In this document: positions 53,244 to 64,000 of the stretch, in pieces
Position numbering within the stretch: position 1 is the first letter of the stretch
How the letters are laid out: each line of letters starts with the position of its first letter
From: Lama glama
Taxonomy: Eukaryota
Reading direction: 5' to 3'
DNA length: 64,000 bases
NCBI GenBank assembly: GCA_028534125.1
Contig: CM052816.1
Location: 50,098,001 to 50,162,000, forward strand
Position numbers and translations under genes: made by a program
The notes under the pieces: model-generated
Seen by the model: only the letters and a program-made list of their open reading frames with translations
Database searches by the model: none
Told to the model about the DNA's origin: nothing

Positions 53244-55095
53244 CTACCGTGTTCAGGAAAGTAAGAAAAGCAGTTAGGTTCATCTCTAAGTTTCAACATA
53301 TTTTAGCATAAAATGCCACTATTGCTACCATAACATAAGCTTTACCACAGCAATTTAGAGATACTACACGTAAAAATTAACATTAACTTTACTCTCTGGA
53401 GTGTATCTTGGCATTACAGCTAATTGTTACAAATTGCATCTATTCACTTCTGGGATTCAATCATCATTATTTTTAAACAATGTTTTGTATGGTATCTGGC
53501 AACTAATATATTCTACTGCAGATTTAGTTGGCATGATAATGGCAATTGATTTTAGTCAAAATGATTACACGTATGTGCACAGTGAATGGAAAATGTATTC
53601 TTTTAAACGGGGTTAGTTCATGTGAAATGGCTGGATACACAGAACATGCATTCTTTTTAGCAGATTGGCTTGTTACCATCATTTGAATTATTATTGCCTT
53701 TTACCACTTAATGCTCAGAAACTTTTTCTTCGAAAGTGTGCACTGAAGTCTCTTCTGCTACATTAATATGCTTTTTCCAAAAACACGTTCCAAATGTACT
53801 CCTTTAAACTATACTTGAAGAAAAGCAACACATGGATTAAACTCTACTGTATAAAAACAAACCCAAATACAAAAACCTCACCTAAAATGAACCCCCAAAT
53901 TTATATTACAATGGTTCTCATTAAAACACAAAGAAAATCGACACTCCTAGCAGATCAATATCAAGGCTAGAGTTACAAATTTACGAGGAGAAACAGTTTA
54001 ATATACATTTTCTAAATGCAAATACTTTCATACTATTTGAAACATACAGATTATTCTGTAATATTGCATGGATAATTATCTTTACATTAATAGTTTATAT
54101 ATAATACTTGAAACCTTTTCCCAGAGTTGCTTGAGTTTCAAATGTTTAAGAATCCAAATGAGAGCTAAACATTTTTCAGAAGAATTGAAATCAATAGGCT
54201 ACACGTGGAGTAAAAACCATATTTTCAAAAATTTTAAGTCCTGAAGGTCTGAAATAATTGCACACAAAGAGGAGAAGATGTCTACTTATGAAATATGAAT
54301 ATTTGGGTAAACAGATACTGCTATAGAAGATAACTGAGCCTTTCCCACCCAGGAAAGTCAAACTCACACTCTCTGAGCGTTAAGAAAATTCTGGACCTAC
54401 TAGAAAGACTTGAAACATACACATTCGAATGTGTGGGTTCAATGCTGTAATTAGGTTAATTTGGATGCTTACAACTACTTCTCCAAAAGCCATCCCAATT
54501 TTGCTGAAAATCACCTATAGCTCTAAAGATATTTCAAATCTCCCTAGCCATCTTAGCCTCCTGCTTTTGAAAGTACACTGCCTAGATGACAAGGCTATTG
54601 TCAACATCACAGCTACGTGCTGCTCTCAGTGCAAATTCAAAATGACACTTATGTGAAAGTGCTTGGTAAACGGTGACGTGCCAAACGAACGTGAAGTACA
54701 TTCTCATTCCCACCACAGACATGAGACGCCATGCGAGAGTATGGGACAAGGACTTGGCGGGGTGGGGGTGGGGGGCAGGGGGTGTCACTCTGAACTTAAA
54801 GTAGTTTAGATTAGAACAGTTTTGTTTTCACGAATTTATTCTTCCCTAAACAGTTTGTATTAATCTCTGAAAGTTGAATCTGCAACGGATAGACAAGGCA
54901 ATCCAATAGGAGCTCCTGTTTACTGAATTAGCCTAAAGTGATGATTTGTTTTGCAGTGGAGACGCAAGCTCTAGTTGTAGGTAAACACTGGGGACTGGAT
55001 AGCTGATATACATGTCTCATTCATTTGCCAAACCTAACTCTCTCTATATGTACAGTTATTACCAATGAATTCTGTCTTATAGTTCCTCCAACCTG

Positions 55096-55128
55096 CACTT
55101 GATCTTAGCCAAAAGGCCGAGAAGCGAT
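55096..55128 (-). pseudogene. RNU2: 3'-truncated U2 snRNA retropseudogene (U2 nt 1-33) in VCAN intron 8
   Basis: Minus strand reads ATCGCTTCTCGGCCTTTTGGCTAAGATCAAGTG, the U2 5' end. It is flanked by 15-bp direct repeats agttcctccaacctg (55081-55095) and agtttctccaacctg (55129-55143). Confidence 0.93.
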
Positions 55129-55729
55129 AGTTTCTCCAACCTGAAGTATATTTCAACTAAATTACAAAAGAATAAATATTGGCCAGATTCCTAGGTAATC
55201 ATTGACAGGTAATAAAGTGACAACAACAAAAAAAATCCATCAACCACCTTTGATCAATTTTATTCATGGAATACTTCAAGTCATTTATAAAAGTTACACT
55301 TTATGACTATTTTACTCTATCTGAAGCACAACAAACTGAAGCATTACTAGGACAAAAGGTAAGGTTGAAAAAAATCAGAATAATCCTATATGTATAGCCA
55401 TGATGTAAAACATATTCATTAAAACAAAACATATTTTCAACCAACACAGCCTTTGAAGTACTGATCTTGTTTTTCCTTTTTCTAGGGAGCAACTAGGTGG
55501 TGATAGGTACTTGTGGATTCCACTGATACTGCTACTTAGATAACGTTCTTGGAAAAGACCATCAAAGTGAACTTCTCAACATTGTCAAGCTAGATTGAAG
55601 GAAAAATTAATTCTACCAAGTAAATATTTCAAGATTTCTGGTTTACATATCGTTAAATTTCAATTATTCATTTTTATACCATATTTATAGGAAACCACCA
55701 AAGAGCACTGAAAAAACAGAAGAAACCAT

Positions 55730-55900
55730 TGACTTTGGAGTGGGGCTGATCTGGGTTCAAATCCCACTTGCACCATGATGTGTGGCTGCCACCTTAGACA
55801 CATTGCAGAATCTCTCTGAACCTCCATGTCCTATCCTTACAAATGGCAACAATAATATGTGCATTACAGCCTTTTTGTGACGATGAAATGAGATAGTCTG
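55730..55900 (+). mobile_element. MIR fragment
   Basis: ctgggttcaaatccca...ccttagac...tctctctgaacctc...aaatggcaacaataata. Confidence 0.65.
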
Positions 55901-55982
55901 TATGAACCAGTATCAAATTCGTACTTTCTGTCCACTCAGTGAAAAAAACTCAGGAATCTTCCCTCAACAGGCAGAGCTTGAA

Positions 55983-56143
55983 GGTGGGGAGGCTATCTAT
56001 AGCACAGTGGTAGAGTGCCTGCCTAGCATGCACAAGGTACTGGGTTCAATCCCCAGTACCTGCATTAAAAAATAAATAAATAAACCTAATTACCACCCCC
56101 TAACAACAACAACAACAAAAAAGGGGGGGGGGACAAAAAATAC
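55983..56143 (+). mobile_element. tRNA-derived SINE, Vic-1-like (camelid)
   Basis: Same family as the 35650 copy (cagtggtagag...tagcatgcac..ggt.ctgggttcaatcc.cag.acct.catta.aa.taaataaa); TSD agcttgaa at 55975-55982 and 56144-56151. Confidence 0.82.
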
Positions 56144-56747
56144 AGCTTGAATGTGTACGAATGAATACTCACTATGGCTAGGCACTGTGTTAGAGGCATT
56201 ATATAGACTATCTGGAGCAGGGAAACTACATAAAAGTATGAACTGATAACCAATATTGCACAAACTATATGAAATGTTTATCTGAGTTATTTACTACTGA
56301 AATTTTAAAAGCCTGACAGATTTCAATATTGCCCTAATAGCACCCATCAATGAGAGATTTTTTTTAAAGTAGGATATACTTTTTTTTTCTGTTCTTAAAA
56401 CTAAGATGTATAACTACAGGACAGAAGACAAAACAATACTTCCGTTGAGAGTAAAACAAATTGAATTTTTACACCATTGACAATTAAAATTTTTCCATGT
56501 TGCGACTGCATGTTTTTTCTTAAACCCAGAAAAATACAAAGAATATCTTTAAAGCCCCCAAATAATCTATACTTACTTTCTTTGCATCTCATTATGGACT
56601 CAATACTATGGCCTGTCCTGCCATTATGTGAATACAAAAAAACTTCACTGGTTTTAACATCGCAATGAACATTATATACACATACATGATAGGACCAAGG
56701 GACTGTTTCCAAATTTGGAAACAGATTTGTCAATGTTGTGACCTTAC

Positions 56748-59700
56748 CTGGTAAATAGATTGCTGTGCCTTCCACTGACTCTTCATTAATGCCAATCAGG
56801 AAACTGGTTTCATTAGAAGTTTCCAGAAGGGGAAATGGTGGTGTTGCAAGCTCAGTATTTAACTCTGTGGTGCTTAGTGTTGCCTGATTATCAGAATCAA
56901 GAATTCTCGCCGACACTTGCTGTTCTGATGTTGCTACTGTGGAATCCTCCCCTCTGATCAAAACTCCTTGTGTTTCAGGGTTTATTTCCAGAGAAGAAGG
57001 AATGGTGGGCCTCTCAGAAGTCTGTGGGCTGGGCTGAGGCATCACACCTGCCTCAACCCCATAAATCACAGAAGCAGAAGTAGAGTGTGGCCATAGCGTA
57101 GCACCTTCTAACTTAACTTCACTTGCAGCTGTGACAACAGTCCCAGACTCAGGTATTTTAATACTGGGAAATACCTTGACTGTTTCTCCAGAAAGCTGAG
57201 CACTGGTTTCGTTTTGGGAATCCTGGGCAATCTCAATTTCTTTTTGAGCATTTAGTTCTGTGGTAGTAGACGCTTCCGTTTGTTTTAATAATGTAGGCTG
57301 ACTTTCATTTTCCGAAGACTCTAATTCTGTGTCAGGAGATGAGGATGGAGGCTCAGTTACGTGAAAGTACTCTTCACTTGAGGGTTTGAAAGTTGCTTCA
57401 ACATATATAGGTTTTCTTGGGGGTACTTGAGATGTGCCAGCATCTGCACGCGGCAGAGCACTTGGCTGGGGGCCCTCTGAGTGTTCAGAGGCTTCACTGC
57501 CTAAGTGGACAGTGAGTGGAGGAGATGATGGTGTCTGAGAAGACAGCTTTGCAAAGGCTGAAACTGCTGATGTATCAGTGGAACCTGGGGGATTGGATCC
57601 TTCCATCATATCAGGTGCCTCTGTTAAACTCTGAGCCATCATGTAGGTAGTACCAATACTTACGTAGGAGGTAGGTTCTATCAGTGCCTCCTCAGCCCCT
57701 GAAGAGAATTCTGGCTGAAGAGAAGGGCCTACATGTTTCTTTTCTTCATCCTCATCCTGTGTCCTTTCCAAATGGCCCAAAGTTGCTATTATTTCACTTT
57801 GGTCCGCAACAGCTTGACCATCAGACAAAGTGCTTGATTCAAAGATGTCATCCAGGGTTTTTGCTTCCATTTTTGGTTCTTCAATCTCTGGATTAACTGT
57901 GGCAGACTTACTGGGAATGGGCAAGGATGTTGCTGTGGGAAGCAAAACATCTAATTCTGTTTCTGTGCTAGGGATGGGGATTCCAGCTGTGAAGACAGAG
58001 CCCAGGTGATCCAACTGACTTCGGTCTTCAGGAGTCACTGAATCATTTTGTGTTGCCTGAGTGTACAGAAGAGTATCACCAGAGGCCTCAAAGTCTTCCT
58101 CAGTTAAAGAGAGGTTAACAGCTGCCTCATGCTTCTCTTGAACTTGAGTACTGTCTTCATAACTGCCATGTTGTCCTGAGGGTGCCTCTGGATCGATGTC
58201 CGTCTGCATTCCCAGGATGTCTTCATATATAGACTTAGTGTGATCAATATCTATGATAGTATTTTTATCTGACGTCAGCTGAGGCAGAATTTCAAGGATG
58301 GTACTCTCTGTAATTGTCAAAATTAAATCCTTGTCCTCTTTGTCCAGATCTATAATAATATTTTCAGTGGCTTTTCTTCTGTCAGGTTTTAAGGTAGAAT
58401 CCTCGAATCCCCTGAAGTGGTCTTGGACAGCATCTGCAGTACCTTCTGTGGACCTCTCATATGACGTTGTACTTGACAGTGTGCTAGTTGGATCCGGGGA
58501 GCTTTCGTTCTGCTCTGGATGAAGAGGCATCATTGAAATTGTTGGGAATCCATCAACGGTAACAGCCTTAGTGCTTGGAACCTCAGGATGTTTTGCCGGG
58601 GATCTATCAGAAACAAATGTGGTGCTTCCTCGCCTAGTTGCCTGAGTAGTTCCAGAAGCATGGACTAAATCAACCACATCCAATTCCCCAGATCCTTCTC
58701 CAGAATGTTCATAAAACAAGTCAGATGGTTTTGGTGTTGATGTAACAAATCCTTTGGCCACTTCAAGACCAGGAGTTCTAGCCAGAAAATCAGTGGAAGA
58801 GGTTGCTGCGCCTTTAGTTTCTGCTGTTGAAGAATTCTCTTTAGAGACTTGATCAGCCATAGGCTGTGGTCTACTAGTCTGGATTTCTTCTGCCCAATGG
58901 TGTGTCTGACTTGTTCGATGTTCAGTGTCTGTGGAGAAAGTGAGAGGTGCTGGAGAGGGCCCTTCAGTTCTGGTGTCACTTAAAATTTCTAGGAAGGTTG
59001 TGCTGGCTGCTGTCTCACTATCTTCAAAAATGCTGTTTGTTTGGGAAATGAGTGGTCTAATTTCACTTTCCACAACTCCCATTCCCTCATAGTCTCCAGT
59101 TGTACCATTTAGGGTGCTGGTTTCAAAACTTTGCACTTGAGAAGTCTGGGGATATAATGTGCTAGTGACTTGTTCCATGTCAGTAAAATTCACTGATACT
59201 GTGGTTGGCAAAATTTCTTCTCCTGATCCCAGTCCAGAGAATAAAAGATCAGTATCTGACTCTTTAACTATTGGTCTCATAACTTTGGGAAAGGGTTTCC
59301 TACTTTCTTCCTCTTTGATTGTTGAACCTGTAATTACACTTTCAGCTGGTACTGATGCAGTCACCGAGGCAGTAGCTAAGAAAAAATGGGATTTCTCAGT
59401 AACTTCAGGAAGAGTTGTGTATGATTCCAAGCCCGGAGAGTCTAGATTTGGAGTAGACATGTCACCTAAGGAAATGCCTTCCTCCTCAATTTCCTTATCA
59501 GTGCTGTAAGTTTTCTTGGTTGTCAGTGTAGAATAATCTGTGCTTTGGAGTCCAATTTCAATAAATGTTTGTGAATCAAAACTTGTTTGTCCTGGTGCAA
59601 CAGAGCTTTGAGGAGATTCAAGGGACTTCTGATCTTGGATCTTTTCTTCTGCCACTACTTCACTTTCATTTCCTTGTCTTACAGGGTTGACTTCTTGTGA

Positions 59701-61976
59701 GACCCATAATGTGTCTGGCTCCACGGTCTGGGGAAAGTCCACTGAATCCATGCCGTCAACCTCCACTTCTCCCTTTTCCATTGAAGCTTTAGTGCTTTCA
59801 GCTTCCACTGTTGGCAAAATGGTGGATCTTTTATCAGCTTCATCGATAGCACCTTCTTCTCCCAATCCTTGGTCAATAATCGGGGAATCTGTATTGGAGA
59901 CATTTCCCATAGCACTGGGAAACACTTGGTCACCAGAGCTGCTTAGTGAGACCAGTTGCTCACCTGAGCCCTCAGCTGAGGCTGGGAACTCTTCCCAAGG
60001 GAAGGCTGAAGTGCTGACCACAGTGCGACCAGGTCCTTCTGAGTCAGCTCTGTGATAAACGTGGGCCGAAGTAGGTCTTACAGATGGTGAAATTTGGGTA
60101 TCCTTAAATGCTGCATCCCCAGAGCCTTCCACCATGACTGTTTCTTCTTTTGTTATGGGAGTAGATACTGTTGAGTATTCTCTAAAGTCACCACTGAAAT
60201 CTTCCTCCAAAGGAAAATCTGTAGAAAAGCCCTTTATTTCTGCCCCATGATTTGGCTCCCCTGAGATCTCTGAAATCAAGTTTTCCTTGGATGTTTGGCT
60301 TATAATTTCAGCAACCTCTCTGTCCATTGCAGTACTCAAATCCAGTCCAGTTGGCTCAAAAGGGAATAGAGTTTCCACACGTGGGGACAAAGTGCCAGCT
60401 GTTTCCTTTTGGGTTTGAATTTCAGACTCTACGTTCAATGAAAATGAAGAAACGGTGGTGGTTTCTGGGTCGGCAGCAGTTTCTCCAGAGCCCAGCTCCA
60501 TAAAGAGAGAAACGGGGCTCCCTGGGACAATGGACAGCCCTTCCCAAGCCCCAGGTTGCCTGCTACTGTTGGGCTCGGTGGTCTGCGCCCCCAGACTGTC
60601 TAAAACATTTGTTTCTGTAAAGACAAGAGTAGAACCTGTCATTTCCCTTTCAGACTGTGTGGGTGTCGTCAAGGACATGAAACTCTTCCTGGTAGCAGAG
60701 GCTGAAGCACTAGCTGTCACTTCACTTGAGCTTTCGAATTCAGAGGGTAACATTAAGTGATCTGATCTCTGTGTGGGCGAATGTACCTCAACTGTAGAAG
60801 CTGTGCCTGTAGTTCCCTTCTCCTCATCTTCCCTCTCCTTTCCCTCAGGAGATATCCTGAAGACCCACTCAACAGTGTCTGTCTCCCTTACAAACTTGGT
60901 AGGCACTACAGCAGAAGGCTGTTCAGAAACCGAATAAACGGTGGGTGTAGGAACATTCAAAAGGCTTTCTGTGATCATTGTCTTGCTAGTGTCTAAAGTA
61001 ACAAGTGAATCCATAGTATTTTTCTGTGATAAATCAGTTACCATGGCAAACATTTTATCTTTATCTTCTTCTGCTTCCCCAGAGCCTTCTGGAATTGGAA
61101 TAGAAGGACTCCCCGAGAACTCTACACTTTGTCTAAGGGCTATTTCCACCCAGCTTTCTGCCGTGGACAGTGGCTCATCAGGCCGTGGACTTCCTGTTAA
61201 GGTAAACGATACTTCCTCTGAAATGTCTGCTGATGCAGAACTTGGAACGGCACTTGGGGTGTACGTGCTGAAAGTACTTCTTCCTGCCTCTTCACCAAAT
61301 GTTCCTTCTGTAGCCCTTGAAAAGACTATTTTCTGAGATTCTTGGTCAATGCCAGCATTCCCCGAAGACTCTTCAGGAAAAAGAGGTACCAATTCAGTAT
61401 GCTGGTGCATCAGGTAATCAAGTTCAGGACTTTTCTTTGTGATTGACTCTGGTCCCTCTGAGGCTTCTCCCTCAGGGACTGGGACCGTGGGGAAAATCTC
61501 AGGTTCGCCACTTGAAAAATGTTCTGTTGTTTCAGGGTAAGTCTCAGGTCTCCATGTAATTTCAAGGATTTCAGTTGTTTCTTTAGATTCATTAGGTTGC
61601 ATGGAAGTAGACAAGCCAGTCTTGGTGATTACAAACTGATGACCGTCAGTTTCACTGCTGTCTGAAAAATTCTGAGAGGGTGCAACACTTTCGAACTGGC
61701 CACGCCTAGCTTCCGCAGCCTCTGGGTCCTTGGGCACAGTGGTGACTAGATGCTTCCCATTTATGTACTGCACGGAGGGCGTGGTTGTGACGTCAGTAGC
61801 ATTCTCACAGTCCTCGTCTTCCCCTTCATCTTCTTCACTATGGTATATATCAATTTCAATTAACTCAGGTAAAATTTCAGCAATTAGCTCATGCCTTCGG
61901 TCTGTTTCTTCACTACAGTCTTCTTTAGATTCTGAATCTATTGGATGACCAATTACACTCAAATCACTCATTCGAT
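56748..61976 (-). CDS. VCAN: Versican exon 8, GAG-beta chondroitin-sulfate attachment domain (5,229 bp, phase 1-1)
   Basis: Core of the 1862-aa ORF: RMSDLSVIGHPIDSESKED...KDPEAAEARRGQF...SVEGTAIYLPG. It is S/T/E-rich with repeated EGSG/xSG sites. Acceptor ttttttcag|ATCGA (AG at 61978-61977), donor CCAG|gtaagg (GT at 56747-56746). Length is divisible by 3. Confidence 0.98.
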
Positions 61977-64000
61977 CTGAAAAAAACAAAGAGTTTTCAC
62001 AATACTTAAATAGAAGATTTGGCAGTGTAGACAGAAGAAATCGCTAGCAAGGCTGGCTGATCACACTCTCACACACAAAGGAGTCAAATCTTTTCACGTT
62101 ACATCAAACACCCTTCCGTACACAGTTATCAGCCTTCACATTTGCTATTTTAATTAACGATGGGAAAAATACATCCCATAAGATTGTGCAACAGCTTAGG
62201 AAAACTCTTCCACATGTTTAACAAAGCAACGTCCTTAAAATGAAACCAGGAAGCAGGTACACATATTGTAATCGTGGAATGAAGGGATTCATCTTTGCGT
62301 GAACCGGAAGAAAAAAAAATTAAAAGTTAACACCACTTCACCAGATCACACAGGAAAAGCGTTTGATTGCTGTCCTTTATGTAAGGGATGCTTAGACACC
62401 CTCTATTCAGTAAGGAAAGAAGAGATTCCTTCTGGCCTCTTGTCGTAATTTGTCCTAGAGAAGAATGTTTTTAGAAAAGTAAAAGAAGGTTTCTTTACAG
62501 CCTTTCACAGTACAATGATAACCCCACCCCAGTGCAACCGTGAGACAAGATTTAGCTGCATAGGCTGCAGCCACATCCCACACACGAGGGCAGGAGGAAT
62601 CTTTTGCGGTGGGGAAATAGAGGAGTGGCGGCGCAAGGGGGTCTCCGCGCAAGGATGGCTTACTGAAAGCACCAGGAAAGAAGAACCCACCATACTTTTA
62701 CACCTTTATCCTCCATGAGAGATGACTGAATCGGGTCAGTTATCATTTTTTAAATTAACCTTTTCGCCAGAGGAATTCAGGAGTCACGTCTAAACATTTG
62801 AACTAGCATACTCTTAGATACCTGTCCTCAGAACATTTCCTAGATTGCAGATCGCCACAGGGCACCAACCACGAAGCCCAACTGAATTTTCTGTCGCAGG
62901 AAATACACCAGCGAAGCTCCTCGTCCTGACACAGGAGGGAGGGCATTCTGGGCCCTCACTCTCATCAGAGTGGCTCTCACTTTCACCTTGTCCTAGGAAA
63001 GGGTCCTGCCACTATGGCTCTCCTAGTCTCAGTGTCATGGCAGTGTAAAGAGTTGCCCGTGGGTGTGCTGACCCAGGAAGAAGACAAAGAGAAGCACGGA
63101 GGGCTGCCCAGTGTCTTGCCCTCCTGCCCCCAGGAGTAACGCTGCAGAATTAGCTCTCAGCCTGGCCGCGATCCCAGCCGCACACACTTAGGTGGAACCT
63201 GAGAATGTACAGGAGGAATAATGATGACGAAGTCACCCCTGCCCCTCATCGGCAGGGAGGTCACTCCTGTTTCGAGAAGCCTCTCCCTTTGACCTATGAA
63301 AGGATCAACATCTAGCATTTACTGATGTCCAAATAGAAAGGAAAACTCTACTGAAAAGGTAACAGTACTGCTGTATTCTTTATGTCAACATAAATATAGA
63401 AGCATATGAACTATCAGTAGAAACTCTATGGAGCGCCTTCTGTTCTTAACTATGGTTGGCTGAAAAAAAAAAACCCAAGACTACAAGACTTTACGTAACT
63501 AGAAGATATACTGTATTTACATTTATCCCTCTCATTCTAATAAAAATAAAAAAGAAAGCTTTTTGTCTCTATATCCCAGCGTATGTTCACTGTATTGTGT
63601 CCATAAAATAACTATTTGTGTTGAAGCGGGTTATTCTTACCCAACTGTATGTCCTCCCTATTTAACTTTCACATATGACAGTCAATTTTTACATCTTCAC
63701 TCCACACATTCAGCCTTTCAACTACATAAACAAAGGCATGTCGGTATTCAAATGAATGAAAACTATTTCTATCATAAAGAGAAGTGAGATCAATGCATAA
63801 ATCTAGTATATTATAAAAATATAAAATGAATGTAGATGGTTTCTGCCACAGATGTTGCAACTATTCCTAATTACCAAACCAAAGAAAATGACTAAATACC
63901 TTAATTTTTTTCAAAATATGTAATTAAAAGAATAAGTTCATTCAATGTTAGATCACTAAAGTTGTTACTCTGATCTTATAGTGCCTTGTGGTATATATGT

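Noticed and set aside
55096..55128. Functional U2 snRNA gene
   Set aside because: Only the first 33 nt are present. There is no branch-point recognition sequence or Sm site, and it is bounded by TSDs.
57684..61948. Many + strand ORFs (70-131 aa) opposite exon 8
   Set aside because: These are shadow ORFs of a biased S/T/E-rich coding strand, with no recognisable domains.
56401..61989. The 1862-aa ORF as a standalone single-exon gene
   Set aside because: Its 'start' is a TTG in the polypyrimidine tract. Canonical splice sites delimit 56748-61976 as an internal VCAN exon.

Overview
Mammalian genomic DNA, most likely a camelid (two Vic-1-like tRNA-derived SINEs, plus artiodactyl-type L1 3' ends). 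It contains the 3' half of the versican gene (VCAN) on the minus strand: the 5,229-bp GAG-beta exon 8, then exons 9-15 encoding the G3 domain (2 EGF, C-type lectin over 3 exons, CCP/sushi, tail) and a ~1.9-kb 3' UTR. All splice junctions are GT-AG and join in one open frame ending in ...WQESRR*. About 20 kb of repeat-rich downstream intergenic DNA (1-19.8 kb) includes an RPS15 processed pseudogene nested in an L2. I see no convincing new multi-gene system. The best second-look items are: (1) the decayed RPS15 retrocopy, which is unexpectedly CpG-dense and carries promoter motifs and a splice donor; (2) a perfect 33-nt tailless U2 snRNA insertion with TSDs in intron 8; (3) the coding read-through of the last intron (Vint-type C-terminus); (4) a GC instead of GT at the presumed V4 cryptic donor; (5) a 115-codon open read-through past the exon 8 donor. 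Exon numbers follow the human gene from memory. Repeat family calls are by eye and their boundaries are approximate.
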